NCBI GenBank assembly: GCA_041305025.1
Contig: JBFYMG010000025.1
Span: 5,590-69,589, forward strand
Direction: 5' to 3'
DNA from: Thermoplasmatales archaeon
GTDB lineage: Archaea; Thermoplasmatota; E2; DHVEG-1
DNA: 64,000 nt
Positions within the stretch are counted from its first letter, which is position 1. Every line of letters begins with the position of its first letter. The notes under the pieces are model-generated. The model did not search any database, was not told the DNA's origin, and worked only from the letters and a program-made list of their open reading frames with translations. Below, in pieces: positions 51,291 through 61,251 of the stretch. The position numbers and the translations under genes are program-made.

Positions 51291-52553
51291 ATGCCTAATG
51301 TAAAAAAGCATAAAGATAAGAAGCCAGTTAAACCAGAATCAGACATCATTCTAAAAAAAGAGATGAAGAATCTTGGTGAAAAAAAGATAAAATCCAATCC
51401 TAAAGCACTTTCTAACAAGAAAAAACAAGACAAAACAAAGAAAAACTCCGTTGATCTTCATTGGGAAATTGTAAAAAAAATTGACTCTCTAATCGCAGAA
51501 CATGAGAAAGAAACGGCATCTGAAGAAGAAGTTTTAGAAGGAATAGTAGAAGTAAGGAAACCTCTTAAGAAAAAGTTAGAGGCATCAGATTTTAAGTCTG
51601 ACATTCGAGCGGAAAATATTTCCAACTACTTAGATTTTGAAAACGAGCAATTTAAAGTAGAGCTTTCGGGTAGGGACAATCCTAGTTTTAAATTTGTTAA
51701 AGCCCTCGAAGAACCAAAAGATATAGTATACATAAGAGATTTGAATCAACTTGAAAAAAATGATGATTTTCATAGCAAAATGTTGGGTGGTTCGGATAAA
51801 ACAAATCAAAAAACTGCCATGGGTCTTGCCCGCATAAAAATTAGAAGTAGAGAAGAAAGAGCAAAGCTTAAAGACGCTGGAAATAAACCTAAGCATGCTT
51901 CTTCACCACAAAATATAAAAAACGTACGAGAAAAGGAAACAAAAAAAGTTAATGGATTTACTGCAGTTAAAAAAGAACTGGAAGAAACAAAAAGGGAAAT
52001 CGAAGAAAAGAAAAAGGAGCTGGAGCTGGCTGAAAAAAGAGCAAAGGAAGAAGCAGAGGAATTAAAGGAAAAAAAGAAAGAAAGATTTGAAAAAGATAAA
52101 GAAGGAAAAAAATTAAAAAGGCTCGAACTTAAACAAGCAAAGACAGAAGCAAAGGAAAGAGAAAAAAAATTAAGAGAAAAGGCCAAGATTGAAGCAAAGA
52201 ATAAAAAATTGGAAGCGAAAACTGCGTTGAAAGAAGAAAAACTCAAAAGAAAACTTGAGGCAAAAAAGAAGGTCGGCAAACCAGAAAAAGAAACAGCAAG
52301 TGTTTTGAAAGCAAAAAAACCAGACGACGAAAAAAGGAAAGAGAAAAGCTCTACAAAAGGTTTGCATCATTTTATTCTTGGTAAGAAAGAAGTAGCCGAG
52401 GAAAATCCAATTTTAGATGAGGACATAATACAGGTTCTCAGGATAGCCGACAATCTGCTAGAAAAGTTACCAAGTGAAGTTATTGATGAATTCGTTCAGT
52501 CTGAAGATTTTACATTGTATGAGAAGGTTATTAGTAAATATAAGATAAAGTGA
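51291..52553 (+). CDS. Lys/Glu-rich coiled-coil protein, candidate pilus-associated component
   Basis: ORF track starts at 51258; ATG at 51291 with GGAGAT 6 nt upstream is more plausible. Extreme KE coiled-coil centre and conserved-looking C-terminal block ENPILDEDIIQVLRIADNLLEKLPSEVIDEF. Confidence 0.4.
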   Translation: MPNVKKHKDKKPVKPESDIILKKEMKNLGEKKIKSNPKALSNKKKQDKTKKNSVDLHWEIVKKIDSLIAEHEKETASEEEVLEGIVEVRKPLKKKLEASDFKSDIRAENISNYLDFENEQFKVELSGRDNPSFKFVKALEEPKDIVYIRDLNQLEKNDDFHSKMLGGSDKTNQKTAMGLARIKIRSREERAKLKDAGNKPKHASSPQNIKNVREKETKKVNGFTAVKKELEETKREIEEKKKELELAEKRAKEEAEELKEKKKERFEKDKEGKKLKRLELKQAKTEAKEREKKLREKAKIEAKNKKLEAKTALKEEKLKRKLEAKKKVGKPEKETASVLKAKKPDDEKRKEKSSTKGLHHFILGKKEVAEENPILDEDIIQVLRIADNLLEKLPSEVIDEFVQSEDFTLYEKVISKYKIK

Positions 52554-52557
52554 GAAT

Positions 52558-54198
52558 ATGGGACTACTGGAAAAAGCACAGCAAAGAAAACAAGACGTAT
52601 TTGAAAAACCAAGGGATTCGGAAATAAGCATATTGAAAGAATTACCAAAAGAGATAAAATCAAAGAAAGGCGCCATCCAAAAGATAAAAATTGAAAAGGA
52701 ATTAAAGAAAGATTTACTTGACGAACGAAAGGGATTTGGATGGAAGGGGCTAGGCAGTAGAAAAATTGCCTTTGACGAAAGCATTAATGAATACAAATAC
52801 AATGTTTCAGAGCCCAGCTTAGATGAAGATGAAATACAAACAAAGAACGAGCTCGTTCGTTTGTTTAAAATGCTTGCCAACATCAACGTTTTCGATGTAG
52901 AGAAAGAAGAGAAAAAAAAATATCTTGAAGAAACATTGAACCAGATAGTAATAGATAACGACTTTAAATTTAAAGCTGGATCAAAGGATAAAATTTTTTA
53001 TCATATTTTTAGGGATTTTATAGGTTATGGCAGGATAGATATTTTGATGGGAGATGAAGGCATCGAAGACATTTCTTGTGATGGGCATCATGTACCAATA
53101 TTTATTTATCACAAGAAATACGATGCGATTTCAACAAATATTCATTTTCAAGATGGAGATGAACTAGATTCTTTTGTCGTACGTCTTTCGCAGATAAGTG
53201 GTAAACAGATATCCATCTATTCACCAATAGTCGATGGTAAACTGCCGGATGGCTCAAGACTTCAGACCACCCTTGCAAAAACTGTTACCAAAGGTTCAAC
53301 TTTTACCATTAGAAGATTCAGAGAAAACCCTCTAACCCCTGTCGATCTCATTAACTTTGGTTCAATGTCTGTTGATATGGCAGCATATTTCTGGATGGCT
53401 ATTGAAAACGGCGCCTCAATTCTCTTCTGTGGAGGAACGGCCAGCGGAAAAACATCTGCATTAAACGCACTGTCACTGTTTATACCAGCCCAGCACAAAA
53501 TTGTATCCATTGAAGATACTCGAGAGGTAAGCCTGCCTCATAAAAACTGGATAGCGGGCACAACAAGGCAAGGTTTTTCATCTTCTGATGACAGCAAAAC
53601 AGGTAAAGACATAGACATGTTTGATCTGATTAGAGCCGCGTTAAGGCAAAGACCTAGAGTCGTTATAGTCGGAGAGGTCAGAGGAAAAGAAGCATACAGC
53701 TTGTTCCAAGCCATGGCAACAGGCCACACATCTTACGCAACGGTTCATGCAAGCACCATACACACACTAATACAGCGATTGGAAAATCCTCCAATATCGC
53801 TACCAAGAGCACTGCTCACATCACTTGACATTATAGTATTTCAAAATGCAATTGATTTATGCGGAAAAACGGCAAGAAGAATGACCAGTGTGACCGAAGT
53901 AGTAAAGTTGGATCCTGATACTAATCAACTTATTTTTATGGAGCCGTTTAGCTGGGTTTCAAAAACAGATGACAGATTTGAAAGCACCGGTACAAGTAAG
54001 ATATTAAACAATATAAAACTACAGAATGACTGGACGGATGAGCATCTCACAAGGGAACTAGATAACAGAAAAATAATGCTTGAATGGATGAGAAAAAAAG
54101 AGATTAAAAACTACAAAGATGTGGGAAAAATCATAGCAGATTATCACAAATATTCTGATGTTTTGTTAAAGAAAGCAAAAGAGGAGATGAAGAAGTGA
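52558..54198 (+). CDS. FlaI/PilB/GspE-family secretion ATPase (archaeal type IV pilus or archaellum assembly ATPase)
   Basis: Walker A GGTASGKTSALNAL, Walker B IVGEVRGKEA, His-box ATGHTSYATVHAS; 546 aa. Confidence 0.9.
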   Translation: MGLLEKAQQRKQDVFEKPRDSEISILKELPKEIKSKKGAIQKIKIEKELKKDLLDERKGFGWKGLGSRKIAFDESINEYKYNVSEPSLDEDEIQTKNELVRLFKMLANINVFDVEKEEKKKYLEETLNQIVIDNDFKFKAGSKDKIFYHIFRDFIGYGRIDILMGDEGIEDISCDGHHVPIFIYHKKYDAISTNIHFQDGDELDSFVVRLSQISGKQISIYSPIVDGKLPDGSRLQTTLAKTVTKGSTFTIRRFRENPLTPVDLINFGSMSVDMAAYFWMAIENGASILFCGGTASGKTSALNALSLFIPAQHKIVSIEDTREVSLPHKNWIAGTTRQGFSSSDDSKTGKDIDMFDLIRAALRQRPRVVIVGEVRGKEAYSLFQAMATGHTSYATVHASTIHTLIQRLENPPISLPRALLTSLDIIVFQNAIDLCGKTARRMTSVTEVVKLDPDTNQLIFMEPFSWVSKTDDRFESTGTSKILNNIKLQNDWTDEHLTRELDNRKIMLEWMRKKEIKNYKDVGKIIADYHKYSDVLLKKAKEEMKK

Positions 54199-55061
54199 GG
54201 TCCACAAAATACACGAGATTTTGTCGACGTCTCTTCGCAAGAATATTTGAGCGATTCAACGTAAGCGAAACCAGCACAAATAGACTACTTGAAAAAGCAG
54301 ATATCAGTATGGTCTACCAAGAATATTACTCGATGGTTTTAATGAATATTATTGTTGGCTACATTGCATCTTTTGTTCCTACGTTGTTGCTATATCTACT
54401 GGTTCCCAACAATATTACGGCGCTGTTTATTCTTGCAATATCTTCGATAGTGCCAATATTTGCTGGATTGTACTATCTGAACTTACCAAGATCTAAAGCA
54501 AAAGCTCGTGGCAAAAAAATAGACCAATATCTACCATACGCTACAAATTTTATCAACACAATGTCGGTTGCAGGCATTTCACCTGCAGAGATATTTGAAA
54601 CATTGTCTACAGTGGAACTGTACGGTGAAATACAAAAAGAGGCGAAGAAAATCGCGATAGAAATCAACATGATGGGAATTGATACGGTTACTGCTCTGAA
54701 AAATTCAATAGCCATATCTCCATCTGCAAAGTTCAAAGAATTTGTTCAAGGCATGCTAGGCGTTATACAAGCTGGAAGTCAACTTGGACCTTACTTTGAC
54801 AGATGCGTTGACAAATATATGATGAATGATTTGATAGACAGAAAAAGAAACTTAGAGTCGCTTGCGGTTATGGCAGAAACTTTTGTGACAACTGTCATTG
54901 CGTTTCCTCTCTTTCTAGTTATTATCATCTCAGTAATGGGAATGACCAGTAGCCAAGGAATATCATTTAGTTTCCTGTTTATCTTGGCTTTTTTAATACT
55001 TCCCATGGCATACTTTGGGTTTTATGTCATGATGAGCTCCGGGATGGGAAAATCGGTATGA
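54195..55061 (+). CDS. FlaJ/TadC-like membrane platform protein, N-terminal T2SSF half
   Basis: T2SSF-domain motifs (LPYATNFINTMSVAGISPAEIFETL) and TM helices; 288 aa; 4-nt overlap with next ORF. Confidence 0.7.
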   Translation: MRSTKYTRFCRRLFARIFERFNVSETSTNRLLEKADISMVYQEYYSMVLMNIIVGYIASFVPTLLLYLLVPNNITALFILAISSIVPIFAGLYYLNLPRSKAKARGKKIDQYLPYATNFINTMSVAGISPAEIFETLSTVELYGEIQKEAKKIAIEINMMGIDTVTALKNSIAISPSAKFKEFVQGMLGVIQAGSQLGPYFDRCVDKYMMNDLIDRKRNLESLAVMAETFVTTVIAFPLFLVIIISVMGMTSSQGISFSFLFILAFLILPMAYFGFYVMMSSGMGKSV

Positions 55062-55957
55062 AGATTGCATTTAGAAAGAAGTACAATGCAAAAAAAATCT
55101 ATGAAAAGGACAAAACCATCCTATTTATTATAGCGATTTCAATGAGTTTTTCCATATTGCTGTTTTTACTAGGTTTTTTTACACTCATAGGAGTTATCGG
55201 ATTTTTCAATGATATAATATCTGGAGTTGATTTCCTTGTTTTTGGTTTATTGTCTATTATTGGACCTGTTGGATTTTATAACCACATGAAAGCTAAAAAG
55301 AAAAGAGATATAGAAGAGCAACTGCCTGATTTTCTTCGCGAAATAAGCAGCTCAACATCTTCAGGCATGACCATTTTTGATGCAATAAAATCTGCCGCAA
55401 GGGGCGACCACGGAAGATTGACCCCTGAGTTGCAAATGATGGCTGCCCAGCTCTCATGGGGCATACCAGTCAAAGATGCTTTGGACAATTTTGCAAAGAG
55501 AGTCGGCACAGACGCTATAAAACGAATGACCATAACAATAAATAAGGCACTGGAAATCGGTGGAAATACCGCGGCTGTTTTTAACGCTGCTGCAAGGGAA
55601 ATTGATCAGGCTAAACGTGTAGAACAACAAAGGAGAGCAGAGATGTCTATGTACGCAATAGTGATTTTCATTAGTTTTTTTGTGTTTTTAGCAGTGATTT
55701 TGATAATTGATAAAACAATATTTGCTGCAATTTTTGATATCCAGGGCAAGATGGCTGGAAAATCCATCGGAAATATGCAGATAGCAAATGTGGATCAAGG
55801 TATGTTAAAAAATACATTCTTTTCTTTTGTTCTCGTTCAAAGTCTAGGTGGAGGTTTGCTTGGTGGTTTCATGATGGATGGCAGGCTTTCATCGGGTGTT
55901 AGATTTGGCTTCATACTTGTTTTAGTCTCATTTTTTGTCTTTAAATTTATGTTCTAA
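55058..55957 (+). CDS. FlaJ/TadC-like membrane platform protein, C-terminal T2SSF half
   Basis: Second T2SSF domain (LPDFLREISSSTSSGMTIFDAIKSAA...LSWGIPVKDAL) and TM helices; 299 aa. Confidence 0.7.
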   Translation: MKIAFRKKYNAKKIYEKDKTILFIIAISMSFSILLFLLGFFTLIGVIGFFNDIISGVDFLVFGLLSIIGPVGFYNHMKAKKKRDIEEQLPDFLREISSSTSSGMTIFDAIKSAARGDHGRLTPELQMMAAQLSWGIPVKDALDNFAKRVGTDAIKRMTITINKALEIGGNTAAVFNAAAREIDQAKRVEQQRRAEMSMYAIVIFISFFVFLAVILIIDKTIFAAIFDIQGKMAGKSIGNMQIANVDQGMLKNTFFSFVLVQSLGGGLLGGFMMDGRLSSGVRFGFILVLVSFFVFKFMF

Positions 55958-56027
55958 GAATTTAGTCATTATGTAAAAATGGCACAAAGAATATAAATAG
56001 GAGAATAAAGAGAATCTTATCTGTGGA

Positions 56028-58376
56028 TTGGGAGAGATGAGAAAGAACGTTTCGTTTATTGATGAGTTTGCAGTATCTGAAGTAGTTGGTGCAATGATTC
56101 TAGTCTTAATTGCCATTGTTGCTTTTGCGGCAATTTACACGTATGTGTTTCCACTCCCAATACCAGCGCCAGAACCTACTGTTAAACTAGCGGGTTATGT
56201 AACTGAAGATGGAACTGCGGTATTGCAACACATGGGTGGAGAATCCCTCCCGGCATACAAAATAGACGTAAGAGCGTTAGATGGTACAATAATTAATACG
56301 GCAACCTATGAAAAAGGGGACGATCCTTGGGAGATAGGTGAATGCAATTATCCACCAACAAATACACCTTTACTCACGGAAAACGACAAAGTAAGTATTG
56401 AAGTTTATGAAATATATGATGACGGAAGCTTCTATCAAGTATTTACTGGCATTTTAGCTGGAAAGGGAAAAGTGGCCCAGCCTTCTGTACCACTGATGCT
56501 GATTTCAAGTCTTATGACCAATACAATTGATGAGGATCTAATATGTTACAATCATACAATTGAACCAAATATCGATGCCTCGACGTACATCTATAACTGG
56601 TCAGTTGGCGGAAATCCCTTAACGAATCTTTTGATGTCTTTTGATATGGACAGCTCAACAATTGCAAAGGATTATTCCGGTGGTAACAACAATGGAACCG
56701 TTATCGGTCCTCTTTGGATAAATGGTGGCGTTGTCGGCGGTGCATATCAATTTGATGGAATAAATGACCGCATTTCCGTCCCATATTGTTTTGATGGTAG
56801 TACTATTGATAAAATCACAGTAGAAACCTGGATTAAGACTACCGCCAATTCGGGGGTTATTGCATCTTTTGATAGAAAAAATTACTTGGAACTTGGATTT
56901 GTAGCTGGAAAGGCGCGATGGAGCACAACCGCAATTGATGGCACCAAGGATACAATTGGAAAAACTAGCATAAATGATGGAATTTGGCATCATATAGCTG
57001 CAACGTACGACGAATCTATAGGGAAATGCGCAATTTATGTTGATGGAAGGCAAGACGTCATTGAAAACGGACATAACCCGGGGATGCCATTAGGTTTAGG
57101 CACCATGCCACAAGGTTCAATAGGCACTGGAACAGGAATAACAAGAGAAACGATATTTTCTACCAGTTTTGAAACACAAAATGAAAAAAATAATTGGAAG
57201 CCAGATAACGAAACCTGGGGTGGTCAAACAGGTACTATAAAATGGGAAACTGTGTTCTATGATAATTTCGAAAGCAGCTATGGGAATTGGAATGACGGTG
57301 GTACGGATTGTATCAGATATACAGGTGGTACATATGCCCATCTTGGAAGCTGTGCAATAGATATACAAGATAACAGTGGATATTCTCAATCAGCAACATA
57401 TTCTAACATTATATCTGCCATTACTAACCAATATTCACAAATATCAATTGATTTCTGGTGGAGAGCAGTATCAATGGGGAGCGGAGAAGATTTTTGGGTG
57501 AATTATTATGATGGAACAACCTCTCATCGATTAGCAACGATTGTAATAGGAACAGGACAGTACGCCAACAATATATTTTATCACACGAGAATTTATGTTA
57601 ATGAAACTGAGTACACGCTTACAGATCAGGCGAGGTTTAGGATACAATGTGATGCCAGTGACGATGATGATGATATCTATTTAGATCAAATATACATCAA
57701 TGCAACTACTGGTGGTAGAACAGATTATGATTTTGATCTTTTTGATTCAACGAAATTAAACCCGAGGACTGGTACATATTCCATTGGTGGAACAGGTGAT
57801 TTTGATCCAGATTATGCGATTTTCAATAGAACTGGCATCGATGTTTCAGGATACAAAAGTGTGAGATTATCTGTATGGTATAGTTACAAAAGTACTGGAA
57901 GCGAGGATAAGGTTGGCCTGTATTACAAAGATGGTAGTGACTGGGCGACTATTTTTGAAGTGTTAAATCCAAATATAGGCATTGGTAATCAATTGCCATG
58001 GGCAAATATGGAAGTTCAGATACCGGACGATGTCGATAATCTTGCCCTTCAGTTCAATTGGTCCACCTCATCTACAAATGAGTATGTTGCTATAGATGAT
58101 CTTGAAATAACAGGAGAACCATTAGGTGCTGGAGACAACTTTAGCGGCATAATCGATGAATTCCGTATCTATAATCGTGCTCTTTCATCAGAGCAAATCT
58201 ATCAGAATTATCTTTGCATGAAAGATGGACATTCCGATAAACGTGTTATCGTATCCGGTGAGATTAAACTAGGCGATATTTGGAAATGTGTCGTAACTCC
58301 AAATGATGGTACTCAGGATGATGCTAGTATAGAATCCAACATCATACAAATTGTTACGTATCCGGGGGGTGTATGA
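56028..58376 (+). CDS. Large pilin-like surface protein with ConA/LamG-like lectin domain
   Basis: N-terminal EFAVSEVVGAMILVLIAIVAFAAIY resembles the archaeal Pilin_N helix. Central LamG-like block (FDGINDRISVP...IWHHIAATYD...AIYVDG). 782 aa. Confidence 0.55.
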   Translation: MGEMRKNVSFIDEFAVSEVVGAMILVLIAIVAFAAIYTYVFPLPIPAPEPTVKLAGYVTEDGTAVLQHMGGESLPAYKIDVRALDGTIINTATYEKGDDPWEIGECNYPPTNTPLLTENDKVSIEVYEIYDDGSFYQVFTGILAGKGKVAQPSVPLMLISSLMTNTIDEDLICYNHTIEPNIDASTYIYNWSVGGNPLTNLLMSFDMDSSTIAKDYSGGNNNGTVIGPLWINGGVVGGAYQFDGINDRISVPYCFDGSTIDKITVETWIKTTANSGVIASFDRKNYLELGFVAGKARWSTTAIDGTKDTIGKTSINDGIWHHIAATYDESIGKCAIYVDGRQDVIENGHNPGMPLGLGTMPQGSIGTGTGITRETIFSTSFETQNEKNNWKPDNETWGGQTGTIKWETVFYDNFESSYGNWNDGGTDCIRYTGGTYAHLGSCAIDIQDNSGYSQSATYSNIISAITNQYSQISIDFWWRAVSMGSGEDFWVNYYDGTTSHRLATIVIGTGQYANNIFYHTRIYVNETEYTLTDQARFRIQCDASDDDDDIYLDQIYINATTGGRTDYDFDLFDSTKLNPRTGTYSIGGTGDFDPDYAIFNRTGIDVSGYKSVRLSVWYSYKSTGSEDKVGLYYKDGSDWATIFEVLNPNIGIGNQLPWANMEVQIPDDVDNLALQFNWSTSSTNEYVAIDDLEITGEPLGAGDNFSGIIDEFRIYNRALSSEQIYQNYLCMKDGHSDKRVIVSGEIKLGDIWKCVVTPNDGTQDDASIESNIIQIVTYPGGV

Positions 58377-58380
58377 TTCC

Positions 58381-60348
58381 ATGATGAAGCACCACAATAA
58401 ACATCTTGGAATAATAGTTGGATGTGTCCTTGTGCTATCGACAATTTTTGCCGTATCTATTTCCGATCGAGCCTCTGCCGGTTCTTATGATGGTCAAGAT
58501 CTTGCACTTGCCATTCTTGAAAATCAATCAACACTAGTAAGTTCATCATATACAGATACTGATGGCTTTGGTCACAGACAAGGAGTTGTTCTTTCATCAC
58601 TTGGTACAATGCTACCAACTAATGGTCCAACATTTGCATTGCTGAGTAACGGCTTTGCAGGTACACCCATAGTTACCACTGGTGCCACAAATCCCGGTGA
58701 TGAAAGAGGGTCGTGGTTTACTGGAGGAAAATATGGCTTACCAAGAGATGAAGCAGCGCTAACAATGACACTTAGAGTACCGCCATTTATGCATTATTTA
58801 TACTATGATGTGCAGTTTTTCAGCACAGAATGTCCTGAGTATATAGGATCACAATATAACGATAAATTTACTGTTACTGTTAATTCGCCATCTAAAGGTA
58901 TTACTACATATCTATTAGATGTAAATAGCGGAAATTTTGTACTGGATTCAAACTATATCGCAGGCACGGGCTTTGACATTTTTGCTAGAAGTGGAAATCC
59001 CAGTGGCCCCAGTTGGGTGGATACAACACCTAGACGGCCAGGGGCAGATGGAGGAGCAACAGCCCTAGTTACGCATGGAGGTCAATTCCATCCTGTGTCG
59101 CCTTATGAACAGATTACAGTAAAATTCGATATGATAGACACTGGAGATAATCAACTTGACAGTGCTGCTTTCATAGACAATCTCTACTTTTCAGGGTTTG
59201 CAAAAACAGAAATAATAGCAAGAAAAACGGTACAAGATTTGAATGGAGAACCTTTGGAATGCGATGACACTTTAAAATATATAATCACCATCAGCAACAC
59301 TGGGGCAGCAAATCAAAACAATAATCCTGGAAACGAGTTTGAAGACATCATACCTATAAATACAACATATGTGCCTAATTCAGCTACAGCAACTTCTGGG
59401 GCAATTAGTTACAGCGGAGGTAAGATAATATGGAATGGCGGCGTACCGTCAGAAAGCAGCGTCGCATTAACATTCAATGTCACTGTAGATGCGGGTGTAG
59501 AAAACGGTACAATAATATCAAATCAAGGAACCGTTTACTGGGATAGCAATGAGGATGGAACAAATGATGCCACTGAACTAACTGATGATCCTGCAGCCGA
59601 TGACGGCATAGACAAAGATGGAGATGGGCAAACAGGAGATGATGATCCTACAGATATATTAGTCATTGTTTTTGAGCCTCCACCAATGGTGACCGAAGAT
59701 TTCTCTGACGACAGTCCAGGAGGAAAAGCAACACAATCATTTTATGGAAGACCTTGGTTTGAAACAAGCCAAGGAGAAACAGAAAGTGTTTTTGAAGTTG
59801 CAGCGGGTTACCATTATTCGACAGCAAACTCTTTCAAAACAAAATTAAGAGCAATAGGCAGCCCACAATATTGGAACTATACTTTATCTGAGCTTGACAG
59901 TGATATGGATTGGTGGGAAGCATGGTTTGCCTGTGGAAATGCAAGTGAAGCATCTGATCTTTATTTAGATTTTAAAAACAACAACGGAAATGATATAGCC
60001 AAAATAAAATTTGAGTACGTGCATATGGGAACTGAGTTACCAATGGACTGGGTTTTACAACTCTATTATGGAGACCAAGCCAGTGGATGGATTCGTTTAT
60101 ACTCCGATTACCAAGGCGGATATCTATTCAACAATTGGTACAAACTAAGAATTGAGAAAAATGATCTTAGCAATATCGAATATTCGTTGTATAGAAACGG
60201 TAGGGGTTTGATTGACTTCAAAACAGACGAACAACTAAGCGCACCTTTCTCCAATTTTGCAAGCGTTAGATGGAGCAGCACAAGAAACCCTGTTGTCAGT
60301 CCCATGTTTTTCTGGGATGAGCACGTCGTTGGACTTACAAGCAACTAG
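58381..60348 (+). CDS. Secreted surface protein with DUF11/CARDB-like repeat and Ca-binding-like Asp cluster
   Basis: ORF track starts at 58351; the signal peptide begins at MMKHHNKHLGIIVGCVLVLSTIFAVS. Contains TLKYIITISNTGAANQN (DUF11-like) and DKDGDGQTGDDDPTD. Confidence 0.5.
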   Translation: MMKHHNKHLGIIVGCVLVLSTIFAVSISDRASAGSYDGQDLALAILENQSTLVSSSYTDTDGFGHRQGVVLSSLGTMLPTNGPTFALLSNGFAGTPIVTTGATNPGDERGSWFTGGKYGLPRDEAALTMTLRVPPFMHYLYYDVQFFSTECPEYIGSQYNDKFTVTVNSPSKGITTYLLDVNSGNFVLDSNYIAGTGFDIFARSGNPSGPSWVDTTPRRPGADGGATALVTHGGQFHPVSPYEQITVKFDMIDTGDNQLDSAAFIDNLYFSGFAKTEIIARKTVQDLNGEPLECDDTLKYIITISNTGAANQNNNPGNEFEDIIPINTTYVPNSATATSGAISYSGGKIIWNGGVPSESSVALTFNVTVDAGVENGTIISNQGTVYWDSNEDGTNDATELTDDPAADDGIDKDGDGQTGDDDPTDILVIVFEPPPMVTEDFSDDSPGGKATQSFYGRPWFETSQGETESVFEVAAGYHYSTANSFKTKLRAIGSPQYWNYTLSELDSDMDWWEAWFACGNASEASDLYLDFKNNNGNDIAKIKFEYVHMGTELPMDWVLQLYYGDQASGWIRLYSDYQGGYLFNNWYKLRIEKNDLSNIEYSLYRNGRGLIDFKTDEQLSAPFSNFASVRWSSTRNPVVSPMFFWDEHVVGLTSN

Positions 60349-60372
60349 ACAACAAAATTATATTTTGTGTTA

Positions 60373-61065
60373 TTAATGGGGTTCTCTAATCGGGTCGAAA
60401 AATAGGTAGCTATTATCGACGTTGTCTTTTAGTTCTTCATAAAATTGAAGTTGCTCAGTGTAATCTTCTTCCGTAAGGTTGAAATTTTCCATAAGCATTG
60501 TTACGTTTTCCATGTTTCCGATTGAAAGATTTTCAACTGCTTGGCGTAAAAAATTACTTGCGTTGTATCTTAACAAAGTTATAATCTGTCCTGCTTGTGC
60601 AAAGCTAATAAAAGAGTTGATTGCATCAAGGTACTTCTCTTTATCAGTATAGTTTTTTGCTTCCATAAAGTATGGTTTTGATTCGCCAAATTTTTGATAA
60701 GATGCCAAATAGCTCATCATTGCATCCGTACAATTTTCAGAGCACCTTTGAATGAAATTCTGGGTTGTATTTACCAAAGCATTACTGTACCAAAACAGCG
60801 CAAAATCAAAATGATAGTTTCCCACCTCCCGTATTTCACGAGCGGAAACCATAGTAATGGATCCTTGCAAAAAGTGATTGGTAAAATTCTCGTTCTTACT
60901 GTTAATATCTTCGATTTCGACAACATGTGCCGTATTTAACGTTTCTATTTTTGAACGATTTACTATATCTGCAACAAAATAAGTTATGATAAAGACGCCC
61001 ACCATTATTGCCACTAGCATTATAAACAAATTTTTAGTAAATTCTCTTGCCATAAACCTCACCAC
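60373..61065 (-). CDS. hypothetical N-terminally anchored membrane protein (230 aa)
   Basis: Single N-terminal TM segment (LFIMLVAIMVGVFIITYFV) and a soluble domain without recognisable motifs. Confidence 0.35.
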   Translation of the reverse strand: MVRFMAREFTKNLFIMLVAIMVGVFIITYFVADIVNRSKIETLNTAHVVEIEDINSKNENFTNHFLQGSITMVSAREIREVGNYHFDFALFWYSNALVNTTQNFIQRCSENCTDAMMSYLASYQKFGESKPYFMEAKNYTDKEKYLDAINSFISFAQAGQIITLLRYNASNFLRQAVENLSIGNMENVTMLMENFNLTEEDYTEQLQFYEELKDNVDNSYLFFDPIREPH

Positions 61066-61251
61066 ACATCACAAATAATTTATCCCTCTTTACTCATCCA
61101 CAGATGACTATCTGTAGTTTTAACTATTTAAATACTTTGTGCAATTTTTACAAATTGTGATTTTGAGAATCTCCTACCTGTAAAATTAAACATACAAATC
61201 TTTAAGGAAAAGATTAAAGAGAGGGATTTATTTACCACTTTACCAAATTAT

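Noticed and set aside
51806-52370. Minus-strand ORFs (157 and 66 aa) rich in Ser/Phe/Leu
   Set aside because: Antisense read-through of the AAG/GAA-rich KE-protein gene (gives TTC/CTT = Phe/Leu/Ser); not coding.
56028-60348. Possibility that the 782-aa and 665-aa surface proteins are one frameshifted gene
   Set aside because: The downstream ORF has its own clear signal peptide (MMKHHNKHLGIIVGCVLVLSTIFAVS) right after the overlap. Two separate secreted proteins is more parsimonious.
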